Below, piece after piece: positions 1 to 9,715 of a stretch of 64,000 nucleotides of DNA. Position 1 is the first letter of the stretch. Each line of letters starts with the position of its first letter. The notes under the pieces are model-generated. The model did not search any database, was not told the DNA's origin, and was given only the letters and a program-made list of their open reading frames with translations. Made by a program: the position numbers and the translations under genes. This DNA comes from Dehalococcoidia bacterium (lineage in GTDB: Bacteria > Chloroflexota > Dehalococcoidia > Lucifugimonadales > UBA3495), in the NCBI GenBank assembly GCA_963668505.2, contig CAXXWY010000022.1, positions 86,613 to 150,612 on the forward strand, written 5' to 3'.

Positions 1-1
1 G

Positions 2-1480
2 GTGGCGCAGACGGTTCGCAGGCTTTTGCGCGAAGTTGCCGGCGAGGTTGTCGCAGTCTTGGTCGGACCGGGCAACAACGGCGCCGATGGGTTGGTTACA
101 GCCCGACACCTTCGGCGATGGGGGGCTAGGGTGACAGCCTACGTCTTGGCCGGCCGGCCCGAAGTTGACCCCAAGATGGACCTGGCCTGGGAGTATGACG
201 TTGAGCTTGTCTATTTAGGCGACGACCCGGGCATGCACCGGCTTGACCAATTGCTGCGCCGCTCCCGCGTAGTGGTCGACGCCGTGTTGGGCACCGGGCG
301 CGCCCGTCCTTTGCAGGGCGGGTTCAAAGAAGCGATGCTCCGGCTGCAAGCCTGCCGCACCGGCCGGGGCAGCCCCCAAATCGTGGCTCTCGATTTGCCC
401 ACCGGTCTCAACGCCGAAACCGGCGAGGCCGACCCGGCGTGCCCACAGGTTGACGTCACGGTTGCCTTGGGACGCCCCAAGGCCGGACTCCTGGCGTTTC
501 CCGGCGCGGCCTTGGCCGGCAGGCTCGAAGTCGCCGATATTGGACTCACGCCGGACCTGGAAGAAGAGGAAGGCATAACCCTGGAGCTTTTGACCGCTCC
601 CTGGGTAGGACAGCGCCTGCCCTCCCGGCCCCTAGATTCTCACAAAGGCTCCTTTGGCCATGCCCTAGTAGTGGCAGGCTCCAGGAACTACGTTGGCGCT
701 GCCTGCCTGGCGTCCCTTGCTGGGGCAAGAGCCGGCGCCGGACTAGTCACCCTGGCGACGCCCGGCGGAGTCTACAAGATCGCCGCCGGCAGGCTGACCG
801 AGGTCATGCACCTCCCACTGCCGGAAGATGACGAAGGGCGGGTCCACCCCGACGGGGCAGGCGTCATTCTGCAGTCCCTACATCAATACGACGCCATGTT
901 GGTGGGATGCGGCCTAGGACGGTCTGACAATACAGTCGAATTCATCGACCGGCTGCTGTTGGCTGATGACGCAACTAAGCTGCCTACGGTGGTCGACGCC
1001 GATGGCCTCAACAGCATCTCTTCCCTGTCCCAATGGTGGCTGCGCCTCGGCGGCCTGGCCGCATTGACCCCGCATCCCGGTGAAATGGCGACTTTGGCCG
1101 GTGTCCCGGTCTCCCAGGTGCAAAAGGACCGGGTGGAAACAGCCCGGCGGTGGGCGGCCCACTGGAACTTAGACCTGGCACTGAAGGGGGCATTAACGGT
1201 AATAGCCCAGCCCGGTGGCATGGCCCGAATCTCCCCCTTCGCCAACCCGGCCTTGGCGTCGGGCGGTACGGGAGACGTCCTTTCCGGCATCATCGTAGGT
1301 TTGATGGCCCAGGGGCTGTCCCCCAACGACGCTTGCTGTTGTGGCGTGTATCTCCACGGCCTGTCTGGAGAGATTGTGCGCGAGAGGCAGGGCTTGTCCG
1401 GACTGTTGGCCTCGGACTTGATTGACCAACTTCCGGTCGTGATTGAACAACTCAGGGGACAGTCCGCAGGGAGCAGATAG
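2..1480 (+). CDS. nnr: Bifunctional NAD(P)H-hydrate repair enzyme (YjeF_N epimerase + ADP-dependent dehydratase); 5' end cut by window edge
   Basis: Open from position 2; GPGNNGADG (YjeF_N) followed by HKGSFGH ... GGTGDVLSG (ribokinase-like dehydratase) in the track translation. Confidence 0.85.
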   Translation: MAQTVRRLLREVAGEVVAVLVGPGNNGADGLVTARHLRRWGARVTAYVLAGRPEVDPKMDLAWEYDVELVYLGDDPGMHRLDQLLRRSRVVVDAVLGTGRARPLQGGFKEAMLRLQACRTGRGSPQIVALDLPTGLNAETGEADPACPQVDVTVALGRPKAGLLAFPGAALAGRLEVADIGLTPDLEEEEGITLELLTAPWVGQRLPSRPLDSHKGSFGHALVVAGSRNYVGAACLASLAGARAGAGLVTLATPGGVYKIAAGRLTEVMHLPLPEDDEGRVHPDGAGVILQSLHQYDAMLVGCGLGRSDNTVEFIDRLLLADDATKLPTVVDADGLNSISSLSQWWLRLGGLAALTPHPGEMATLAGVPVSQVQKDRVETARRWAAHWNLDLALKGALTVIAQPGGMARISPFANPALASGGTGDVLSGIIVGLMAQGLSPNDACCCGVYLHGLSGEIVRERQGLSGLLASDLIDQLPVVIEQLRGQSAGSR

Positions 1481-1579
1481 CCTTATTGCGTTCTCTATAT
1501 TGACGGCCAATCATCGGGGCATTCAGTGCTATGCTATACTATCGCCACTTAACCAAACTCGCCATCGGGCCTGGTCCCG

Positions 1580-2548
1580 ATGCACCGAGCCGCCCCAAAT
1601 GAAGCCTTCGAGCTTAGGCATGACATGACGTCGCAAAGCTTCTTGGAATCATTGGCGGACACGTCCTCGAACGTTCCCGCTTCCGGCTTCATCGAACTCT
1701 CGGATATGTCTCCCGATGAATTGGGCGCGTTCGCCCGCACCTGGGCCAGCATTGGCTTGGAGCGGCAACGCTGGATAATCTCCAAGCTGGTGGACCTGGC
1801 CGACGACAATCCCGAGTTGGACTTTGGAGCTATCTTCAAGCTTTGCCTGAAAGGAGAGGACGAGGTGGTGCTGGAGAAGGCGATGGAGGGGTTGTGGGAG
1901 CAGGAGGATCGATCGATCATTCCCAGCCTGCTGGCGACCCTGCGTTCTGACAAGAGCCCCCGCGTGCGCTCCGCCGCGGCCACCGCCCTTGGCAAGTTCA
2001 GCCTCTTGTGCCAGGAAGGCAAACTGCTGCCAAAAGATAGGGTTTCCGTCCACGATTGCTTGATGGAAACCCTCAACGACTCCGCCCAGCCCCTGGATGT
2101 CCGTCGCCGAAGCCTAGAGGCCGTAGCTCCTTTCAACACCGACGCCATCAGAGACATGGTTTCTTGGGCCTACAAGAGCACGAACCTTGGCCTTAAGTCA
2201 AGCTCGATCTTCGCCATGGGCCGCACCGGTGAGAGCCATTGGCTGCCCCTGCTGATCAAAGAGATCAAGAGCGCAGAACCCACCATTCGTTACGAGACGG
2301 CAAATGCCTGCGGAGAACTGGGCGAAGAAGACGCAGTACCCCATCTTGCCTCATTGCTGGAGGATGAAGACTATCAGGTGCAGATGGCAGGTATAAACGC
2401 CCTGGGTAAAATCGGCAGTCCACTGGCTAAGAAGGTCCTCTTGCACTGCATCAAAGAAGGCGACGCCGCTTTGGAAGAGGCCGCTCGCATCGAACTGCAG
2501 AATATCGAGGCGCTGGAAGACCCCATGGCCTTCTCGTCCGACCTGTAG
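1580..2548 (+). CDS. HEAT/PBS-lyase-like repeat protein
   Basis: 322-aa ORF with repeated HEAT-like units (PRVRSAAATALGKF, EPTIRYETANACGELG, YQVQMAGINALGKIG); alternative ATG at 1625. Confidence 0.7.
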   Translation: MHRAAPNEAFELRHDMTSQSFLESLADTSSNVPASGFIELSDMSPDELGAFARTWASIGLERQRWIISKLVDLADDNPELDFGAIFKLCLKGEDEVVLEKAMEGLWEQEDRSIIPSLLATLRSDKSPRVRSAAATALGKFSLLCQEGKLLPKDRVSVHDCLMETLNDSAQPLDVRRRSLEAVAPFNTDAIRDMVSWAYKSTNLGLKSSSIFAMGRTGESHWLPLLIKEIKSAEPTIRYETANACGELGEEDAVPHLASLLEDEDYQVQMAGINALGKIGSPLAKKVLLHCIKEGDAALEEAARIELQNIEALEDPMAFSSDL

Positions 2549-2648
2549 CCATTCCGGAAACTCGCGATTGCCGTTTCTCCAACCTTAGACCCCGTACATC
2601 GCGCCGGATGCCCAAACCCGTGACTCAGTTCTTTGGGCTGCGAACGCC

Positions 2649-3095
2649 ATGAACCCGTTAGAGCAATTATCCCAGGACCATGCACAGTGGCTCGCTGCTG
2701 CGCCCACCGCTCACCTGGCCACGGCGGACGCCTCCGGCGCGCCTCACGTCATCCCGGTGTGTTACGCCTTCGATGGACAGGCCCTGTTCTCAGTGTTGGA
2801 CCAAAAGCCCAAGCGGGCACAGGTTACACGCCTGCGACGGGTGAAAAACATACAGGAAAATCCACGGGTCTCGTTGGTAGTGGACCACTATGAAGAAGAC
2901 TGGAGCCGCCTGGGGTACATCCTGGTCATGGGTACAACTGAGCTTTTGTTTGACGGGACGGAGCATGACGAGGCAGTGAAATTGCTCCGCGAAAAGTACT
3001 CGCAGTACCGGTCAATGGGCCTGGATGCCAACCCGGTGATAAAGATAACTCCCCATCGCTTCGTCTGCTGGGGCGCAGTGCCGACTGCTCCGTAA
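2649..3095 (+). CDS. PPOX-class (pyridoxamine 5'-phosphate oxidase-like) probable F420-dependent enzyme
   Basis: 148-aa ORF; split-barrel pattern DQKPK...NIQENPRVSLVVDHYEEDWSRLGYILV, recalled as typical of the F420-dependent PPOX subgroup (not searched). Confidence 0.6.
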   Translation: MNPLEQLSQDHAQWLAAAPTAHLATADASGAPHVIPVCYAFDGQALFSVLDQKPKRAQVTRLRRVKNIQENPRVSLVVDHYEEDWSRLGYILVMGTTELLFDGTEHDEAVKLLREKYSQYRSMGLDANPVIKITPHRFVCWGAVPTAP

Positions 3096-3138
3096 GGCCC
3101 CAACTTACTGCGCTCCCTGGGAGCAATAGCGGCAGGGT

Positions 3139-4286
3139 TTATTGCCCGCGGTTGGCCCCTGCCGAGAAATGCTTGCTCAAAATCAGGCCCTGGCCTTGGT
3201 AGGATGACCCGATTTCCGCGCCGTACAACTTTTCAGGGGCTTGCAGCATTCTCTCGAACGTCAGCGTGCATAGCTTTTGGCAATGCTCGATCATGAACGG
3301 GACGTCGTGGGCCCTGACTTCCAGCACCGGTTGCACGCCCTTGATGTACTCCCCTGAGCCGTAGCCGAATCCGGGGTCGAAGAACCCGGCGTAATGTGTC
3401 CTAAGTTCCCCGCTTGAAGGGTCGTAAGCGGTCATTTCCGCTCCATATTCCGGGCGCACCCTTACGGTTTCGGCTGATGTGAGCAAATAGAACTCTTCCG
3501 GCTCCAGGATGAGCCTGCGTGCCCGGTCAGCGTAGACCGGCTCCCAATAATCGCCCGGATCATAATACGATTGCCGGCCCAAATCCAAGAGGCTGCTGTT
3601 CTTTTTGGCCCTGTATCCCACGCCGCTCATCTCCCCGGCCAGGTTTGCGCTCAGGGCCACAGTGTTGTCTTCCGCCGGCGCCAGCAATGAATTGGTCTGC
3701 CCGTCCGGGTACAGGAGAACGGGTTCCTCATGGTGCGAGTGGAGTAGTTCCCCCCTGCCACAGGCAGGGCTGCCCTTGATTAACCTTAGCTGGTTGAGGG
3801 ACAGGGCGGTCTGCACCTTGATGGTAAAGGAACGAGACACCACTTCCAAGTAAAGCTGGCCGTCATATCCCTCGCCGACCTCGTCAAACTTATGGCTCCG
3901 GTCTGAAATGACCCTGGTGAAAATGTCCAGCCGGCCGTAGAACTCTTCGGATTGGTCTTGGCTCGTATGCCTTCCGGCAAGCGAAGTTGTTCGATCAGGG
4001 GGATAAGATATGGCCGGTTCTTCTCCAAAATCGCGCCGTCTCGAAGGTCGATGCTTTCCATCGCCAACTCGGGCAGTTTTTCCTCCACAGTGCTGGCGTC
4101 GGGAAGAAAGCTGCAACGCAGGCGGTAAGCTAGTTCTCCTAGTCTAAGATCGAGGCTGGCCGGCTGAAAATTCGTTTCGGGGATCTTGTATTTCTCGGAG
4201 AAGATTACGTCGTCGCTGGCCGCTTCCTGCAGCCAGCGGGTAGGCAATATCCCCTCTGATTCCAGTTCGTTTATGTCGGAAAACAT
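3139..4286 (-). pseudogene. dcd: Long-form dCTP deaminase (2'-deoxycytidine 5'-triphosphate deaminase) with one apparent -1 frameshift
   Basis: ORFs 3786..4286 (N-terminal part) and 3139..4116 (C-terminal part) join as ...RAKTNPKSST|GRLDIFTRVISDRSHKF...; frames rejoin if one G is added in ACGG(G)CCGG at 3931-3938. Confidence 0.75.
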
Positions 4287-4488
4287 CGGTATCCCAATGC
4301 AAGTGCTCGCGTAAGGGGTTCAAGCCAGATTCTCCGAGATACGGCAGGGGGTGTCAAGGGAGAATTTTCATGCAGAGATAGGTGCCCTGTTCGAGTTACT
4401 GTCACACAGCCCCTTTCCAAGTTGGATGGCATTCATTAACATTCGACGGTAGTGGTCCATAGCTGAAGAGGCAAGGGATGGTTATCCG

Positions 4489-5202
4489 ATGAATGCCGAG
4501 ACGAACGGGCGATACCAGCCGATGATTAAGGACCTTCCCCAAGGGGAGCGCCCCCGGGAAAGGCTCAAGCAGCATGGCGTCAAGCATCTGAGCAACACCG
4601 AGCTCATCGCTATCCTGCTGCGCACCGGAATGCAAGGTGAGAACGTCGTGTCGCTATCGTCTAGAGTGCTGACCTCGTTGGGCGGACTGGCGGGGCTGGG
4701 GCGCAGCAGCTTCACCGAGCTTTGCTCCCAACGGGGTTTGAGCGAGGCCAAGGCTTGTCAACTGCTGGCGGCAATCGAACTTGGCCGGCGCTTTGTTTCA
4801 TTGGCACCGGAAGAGCGGGTGGTGATTAACTCCCCCCAGGATGTAGCCAACCTGCTGATGGCCGAGATGGCCGTGCTGGACCAGGAGCACTTGAAAGCCT
4901 TGCTGTTGAACACCAAGAACGAAGTGCTGGGAATCCGGGAGATATACGTGGGCAACGTAAACAGCTCGGTGGTCCGGCCCGCCGAGGTCTTTCGGCCTGC
5001 AGTCCGGGAGAACGCCACTTCGGTGATCGTCGTCCATAACCACCCATCGGGCGACCCCACGCCAAGCGCTGAAGACGTGTCGATAACCAGGAACTTGGTG
5101 GAAGCTGGGAAAATGATGGCTGTCGAAGTGCTGGACCATCTGGTCATCGGAAGCGGCAATCGTTTCATCAGTCTAAAGGAGTCGGGAATAGGCTTCAGAT
5201 AG
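4489..5202 (+). CDS. radC: RadC-like JAB/MPN-domain protein
   Basis: 237-aa ORF; HhH-like N-terminus (ELIAILLRTG) and HNHPSGDPTPSAED JAMM-like motif. Confidence 0.85.
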   Translation: MNAETNGRYQPMIKDLPQGERPRERLKQHGVKHLSNTELIAILLRTGMQGENVVSLSSRVLTSLGGLAGLGRSSFTELCSQRGLSEAKACQLLAAIELGRRFVSLAPEERVVINSPQDVANLLMAEMAVLDQEHLKALLLNTKNEVLGIREIYVGNVNSSVVRPAEVFRPAVRENATSVIVVHNHPSGDPTPSAEDVSITRNLVEAGKMMAVEVLDHLVIGSGNRFISLKESGIGFR

Positions 5203-5412
5203 GCTCCACCCATCGGCGCTCGCCTTCCGCCCGCCGGTAAGCGCACCGTCGCCAGATGGCTACGCCGACTCACGCCCCCGGACTCCTTCCGGTTCAAGGG
5301 GCCGCGATGCTCAATCTCCCTTCCCCCAAGCTGGCCCTTTTTGTTATACTCCCCGATGGTTTGCGCCCCGCTTGCCAAGGGTGGCGCGAGCGCGAGGGAA
5401 TAAGGGGTTCAC

Positions 5413-6702
5413 ATGCCGGCTTATGGCGTAATCGGCGGCCAGTGGGGCGACGAAGGCAAGGGAAAGGTTATAGATTTTCTTGCCGGCGAGGTTGACTGCG
5501 TTGTGCGCTACGCCGGCGGCAACAATGCCGGCCACACTGTCGTCAACGACCAAGGCAATTTCAGCCTTCACCTTGTCCCTTCGGGTATTTGCTGGCCCCA
5601 GGTCTACGGCATCATCGGCAGCGGCGTGGTAGTCGACGCCGATGCCTTTCTGGCCGAGCTGACCAATCTGGAATCCCGGGGCATCGACACCAGCAGGCTT
5701 TTTGTCAGCGAGCGCGCTCACCTAATAATGCCTTACCACGTCCTCTTAGATAAACTGGAGGAGCAGGCGCGGGGCGCCGACGCCATCGGCACCACCGGCC
5801 GGGGAGTAGGACCCGCCTACGTGGATAAGACCGCCCGCGCCGGTATCCGCGTCAGCGATTTGCTTGACTCGGAGGCGCTGGCCCGGCGCCTCAAAGGAGC
5901 CTTGGAGGCCAAGAATGCCCTCATCACCAAGATCTACGGCGGCGAGCCCCTCTCTCTAAAGGATTTGTTGGACAAGTGCCGCCAGTGGGCCGACGCCCTG
6001 AGGCCCCACGTCTCCTCCACAGAGGAGATAATTCGGGACCTGTTGGCCCAGGACAAGAAAATCCTGCTTGAAGGGGCCCAAGGCACCCTTTTGGATGTTG
6101 ACCACGGGTCATATCCCTACGTCACCTCCTCCTCCCCGTCCATTGGGGGCGCTTGCACCGGCTTGGGCCTGGACCCCAGGGCAATCGCCGGAGTTTTGGG
6201 CGTGTTCAAGGCCTATTCCACCCGCGTCGGCGAAGGCCCAATGCCCTCTGAAATGCACGGCGAAGCGGCTGACTACCTGCGGGAAACGGCTCAGGAATAC
6301 GGGACGACTACCGGGCGGCCCCGCCGGGTGGGTTGGTTCGACGCCGTTGCCGGCAAGTACAGTCGAGAGTTGAACGGCCTTACCGGCATGGTCGTAACGC
6401 GGCTGGATATCCTCGACGAATTTCCTTCGGTCAAGGTCTGTGTCGGGTACCAGGTGGATGGACAGAAGCTGGACGGGTTCCCGGCCAATACCAATCTCCT
6501 GGCCAGGTGCGAGCCCGTGTACGAGGAATTACCGGGATGGGACCGTCCTACTGCGTCCGCCACCAGCCTGTCCCAACTGCCGGATAACGCTATGGCCTAT
6601 ATCAGGCGCATAGAAGAGTTGGTCGGGTGCCCCGCCCAGATTATCTCCACCGGCCCCCGCCGCGACGAGACCATCGTCGTCGGGCAGTTCATTCCCGCCT
6701 AG
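5413..6702 (+). CDS. purA: Adenylosuccinate synthetase
   Basis: 429-aa ORF; GGQWGDEGKGK P-loop, GTTGRGVGPAY, full-length colinearity with PurA. Confidence 0.95.
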   Translation: MPAYGVIGGQWGDEGKGKVIDFLAGEVDCVVRYAGGNNAGHTVVNDQGNFSLHLVPSGICWPQVYGIIGSGVVVDADAFLAELTNLESRGIDTSRLFVSERAHLIMPYHVLLDKLEEQARGADAIGTTGRGVGPAYVDKTARAGIRVSDLLDSEALARRLKGALEAKNALITKIYGGEPLSLKDLLDKCRQWADALRPHVSSTEEIIRDLLAQDKKILLEGAQGTLLDVDHGSYPYVTSSSPSIGGACTGLGLDPRAIAGVLGVFKAYSTRVGEGPMPSEMHGEAADYLRETAQEYGTTTGRPRRVGWFDAVAGKYSRELNGLTGMVVTRLDILDEFPSVKVCVGYQVDGQKLDGFPANTNLLARCEPVYEELPGWDRPTASATSLSQLPDNAMAYIRRIEELVGCPAQIISTGPRRDETIVVGQFIPA

Positions 6703-6739
6703 CTACGGGCAGGCAAAAGAGGCAACGGCCGTTCAGCCC

Positions 6740-7636
6740 TTAGGCCTGGACCGGGACGTCGATATCGTACTGCTGAAGCACCTCTTCGACCTGGGCGGCC
6801 GATTTGGCGTCCAGTGGCGCCAGCGGAAGCCTGGGTTGGCCCACGTCGAATCCCACCCGGTTCAACGAATGCCTGACCGGGATGGGGTTCGACACGAGGA
6901 ACAGCGCCTTGAACAGCGGCAACAGCCTGCGGTGCTCAGCCGCGGCTCCCTCTACGTCGCCCTCCAACAGGAGGCCCATCATCTGCTTTATCTGGTTCCC
7001 CACCAGGTGCGAGGCGACGCTCACCACGCCGTAGCCCCCGGTGGCCATAATGTAAAAGGTCTCGTTGTCGTTGCCGCTCCACACCAGGAATCCAGGCTTG
7101 GCCCCGTCTATGATGCGGGTAATCTGGTCCATGTCGCTGCCGGCCTCTTTTATACCAACGATGTTCTCTATCTCGCTCAGGCGGATGGTCGTATCGTCGG
7201 TCATGTTCAGGCTGGTGCGGCTGGTCACGTTGTACAAGATGCAGGGCAGGTCGACGCTCCCGGCAACGGCCTTGAAGTGCTGGTACAGCCCCTCCTGGGG
7301 CGGCTTGTTGTAGTAGGGCACCACCAGCAGAAGGCCGTCAACTCCCTGTCTCTCGGCTTGCTTGCTCAGTTCTATGCTTTCGGCGGTGTTGTAGGTGCCC
7401 GTGCCCGCGATGATCGCCCCCCTGTCGCCCACGGCGCCCTTCACCTCGGCGAACAAGCGCAACTTTTCATCAACACTCAATGTTGGCGATTCGCCAGTGG
7501 TGCCCGACAAGAGGACCCCGTCGCTGCCCGAGTCCAGCAGGGCCTTGGCCAGGCGCTTGGCCTGCTCGTAGTCCACCCGTCCCTGGTCATCGAACGGGGT
7601 GACCATTGCAGTGATTAGCCTGCCTAGCTCTTTCAT
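6740..7636 (-). CDS. dapA: 4-hydroxy-tetrahydrodipicolinate synthase
   Basis: Track ORF 6740..7708; DapA pattern ITAMVTPF...GTTGESPTLS...GIKEAG; started at ATG 7636 (MKELGRL), which is preceded by AGGAGGG. Confidence 0.9.
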   Translation of the reverse strand: MKELGRLITAMVTPFDDQGRVDYEQAKRLAKALLDSGSDGVLLSGTTGESPTLSVDEKLRLFAEVKGAVGDRGAIIAGTGTYNTAESIELSKQAERQGVDGLLLVVPYYNKPPQEGLYQHFKAVAGSVDLPCILYNVTSRTSLNMTDDTTIRLSEIENIVGIKEAGSDMDQITRIIDGAKPGFLVWSGNDNETFYIMATGGYGVVSVASHLVGNQIKQMMGLLLEGDVEGAAAEHRRLLPLFKALFLVSNPIPVRHSLNRVGFDVGQPRLPLAPLDAKSAAQVEEVLQQYDIDVPVQA

Positions 7637-7685
7637 GTCAACCCTCCTGGCGGGCAGCCGTTCGTCTCGCCGCAGGGATTGATTC

Positions 7686-8732
7686 TCAATCTGTGGCGCC
7701 GGTCTCAACCCTGGGATTGAGGATCCCCCGGGACACCAGTTCCTCGGCTATCTGGATCGAGTTGAGGGCCGCGCCTTTTCGGAGGTTGTCCGACACTATC
7801 CACATGGCCAGGCCCTTTGGATTGGACGAATCCTGGCGGATTCGCCCCACGAATACTTCATCGGTCCCGCTGGCAGCCCATGGCATCGGGTAGACGCTGT
7901 TCGCCGGGTCGTCCATGACGGTCACGCCTGGCATTGCCGACAGAAGACTGCGCGCCTCCTCAGCCGCCATGGGCTGCTCGAACTCCATGTGCACCGCCGC
8001 GCTGTGCGACACGTACACCGGCACCCGGACGCAAGTGGCGGAAATCTGGATGTCCGGAGCATGCATGATCTTGCGGGTCTCCTGGCGCACCTTTTGCTCT
8101 TCCATGGTGTACCCGTCATCCAGAAAGCTGTCGATGCGCGGTATCAGGTTGAAGGCGATCTGCTGTTCCAGGGCCTTTGGTTGCGCTTCCCTGCCCTCCA
8201 GCAAGTCCCGGCTCTGCTCCCGAAGTTCCTCCATGGGTGCTCCCCCGGCCCCGGAAACCGACTGATAGGTATCGGCGATGATCCTGACAATGGGGTTTAC
8301 CCGGTGCAACGGGTGCGCTGCCATGACCAGGGGGGTAGTAGAGCAATTGGGTATGGAAATGATCCCTTGATGCCATTCCACGTCCGCCCCGTTGACCTCG
8401 GGCGCAACCAACGGCACGTCGTCCCGCATACGGAATGCGGAGCCATCGTCGATGACCACGGCCCCGGCGGCTACGGCTGCGGGGGCGAAACGGCGGCTGA
8501 CCTCGCTGCTGACTGATATAAATGCGATGTCCACCCCGGCAAAGGACTCTTCTGTGGTCTCTTCTACAAGCAACTCCATGTTGCCCAGGGAAAGCCGCTT
8601 CCCCGCTGACTGACTGGAGGCCAACGCCTTAACGCGCGGCAACGCTGGATAACGTTGTTCCAATATGCGGAAAAACGTGGTTCCAACGGCGCCGGTGGCG
8701 CCGACTACCGCTATGTTTAGCCCTTCCAACAT
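7686..8732 (-). CDS. asd: Aspartate-semialdehyde dehydrogenase
   Basis: 348-aa ORF; NIAVVGATGAVG Rossmann motif and IPNCSTT active-site motif. Confidence 0.9.
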   Translation of the reverse strand: MLEGLNIAVVGATGAVGTTFFRILEQRYPALPRVKALASSQSAGKRLSLGNMELLVEETTEESFAGVDIAFISVSSEVSRRFAPAAVAAGAVVIDDGSAFRMRDDVPLVAPEVNGADVEWHQGIISIPNCSTTPLVMAAHPLHRVNPIVRIIADTYQSVSGAGGAPMEELREQSRDLLEGREAQPKALEQQIAFNLIPRIDSFLDDGYTMEEQKVRQETRKIMHAPDIQISATCVRVPVYVSHSAAVHMEFEQPMAAEEARSLLSAMPGVTVMDDPANSVYPMPWAASGTDEVFVGRIRQDSSNPKGLAMWIVSDNLRKGAALNSIQIAEELVSRGILNPRVETGATD

Positions 8733-8739
8733 CCGATTC

Positions 8740-9528
8740 CTACAAACCTAGGACGTTTTCCAAGCCTACCACGAGTCCGGGACGCTTCACAACCTCCCGG
8801 ACGCACTGCAGCACCCCCGGCATGTAGCAGTCCCGCCCCAAAGTATCGTGGCGCAGCGAAAGGGTCTGACCCGGAGCGCCCAGAATCACCTCATGGTGGG
8901 CGCTGCGACCCGGCATCCGTATGCTGTGGACCGTTACCCCGTTGTATTCCCCGCCTCTGGTGTTGGGCAGGTTCTCTCGCTCCGGATAGTTGCGGGTGAA
9001 CTGCTTCTGGTCGCCTATGGACCTGGCCAGGTCCATGGCGAAACCCGATGGCGAGTCGATCTTCATCTCATGGTGCGCTTCTACGACGTCTACGTACTCG
9101 AAATACTGGGCCGCCCTCTCCGCCAGGCGTTTGAGCACCACCGCTCCCAAAGCGAAATTTGGGGCCACAATAATGCCGATTTCCCTGTCCCCGGCCAGCG
9201 ATTCCAATTGCTTGAGGTCATCGGCGGTCAGCCCGCTGGCGCCCATGACCAGGTTGGCGGAATGAGCGGCTCCCGCCAACGCCGCTTCCATGCCGGCTGC
9301 GGCGTTGGTAAAGTCAACCAGCACGTCGGGCTTGGTCTGCTTTAGCAACTCACCCAAGTTGGTCGAGAGGGGCGCCTGGCCGCCGCCTGGCAGGCTCAGC
9401 GCCGGGCCTCTGTCCAGGCGGCAGGCCGCTCCCACCAGCGTCATGTCGTCCTGGCGACAGACGGCAGCGACCGTTTCGACGCCCATCTTGCCGGTGGCGC
9501 CGTTGACCAAAACTCCTATCTTCGCCAT
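8740..9528 (-). CDS. dapB: 4-hydroxy-tetrahydrodipicolinate reductase
   Basis: 262-aa ORF; KIGVLVNGATGKMG and EAHHEMKIDSPSG motifs. Confidence 0.9.
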   Translation of the reverse strand: MAKIGVLVNGATGKMGVETVAAVCRQDDMTLVGAACRLDRGPALSLPGGGQAPLSTNLGELLKQTKPDVLVDFTNAAAGMEAALAGAAHSANLVMGASGLTADDLKQLESLAGDREIGIIVAPNFALGAVVLKRLAERAAQYFEYVDVVEAHHEMKIDSPSGFAMDLARSIGDQKQFTRNYPERENLPNTRGGEYNGVTVHSIRMPGRSAHHEVILGAPGQTLSLRHDTLGRDCYMPGVLQCVREVVKRPGLVVGLENVLGL

Positions 9529-9614
9529 CGATGTCCTCTAACCGCTCCCGGCGGCCTTGAATAGGAATAGATACTATCACGGATATTTGGGCGGGGAAAG
9601 AAATCTCGGTGATG

Positions 9615-9650
9615 CGAAAAGGGGAGCGACAATTACCCGTCGCTCCCCTC
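9615..9650 (-). terminator. Rho-independent terminator downstream of pnp
   Basis: On minus strand GGGGAGCGAC-gggtaatt-GTCGCTCCCC followed by TTTTCG (stems at 9621-9630 and 9639-9648). Confidence 0.55.
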
Positions 9651-9715
9651 GTTTCTCGCCTGTCGGAGGCCGCTGCGTGCACCGGCAACAACTGATTGGC
9701 TGGGACTAAGGCCCC

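Noticed and set aside
9529-9715. Lysine riboswitch upstream of dapB-asd-dapA
   Set aside because: The ~190-nt gap is largely taken by the pnp terminator hairpin and I could not recognise L-box helices or conserved cores by eye. A covariance-model scan would settle it.
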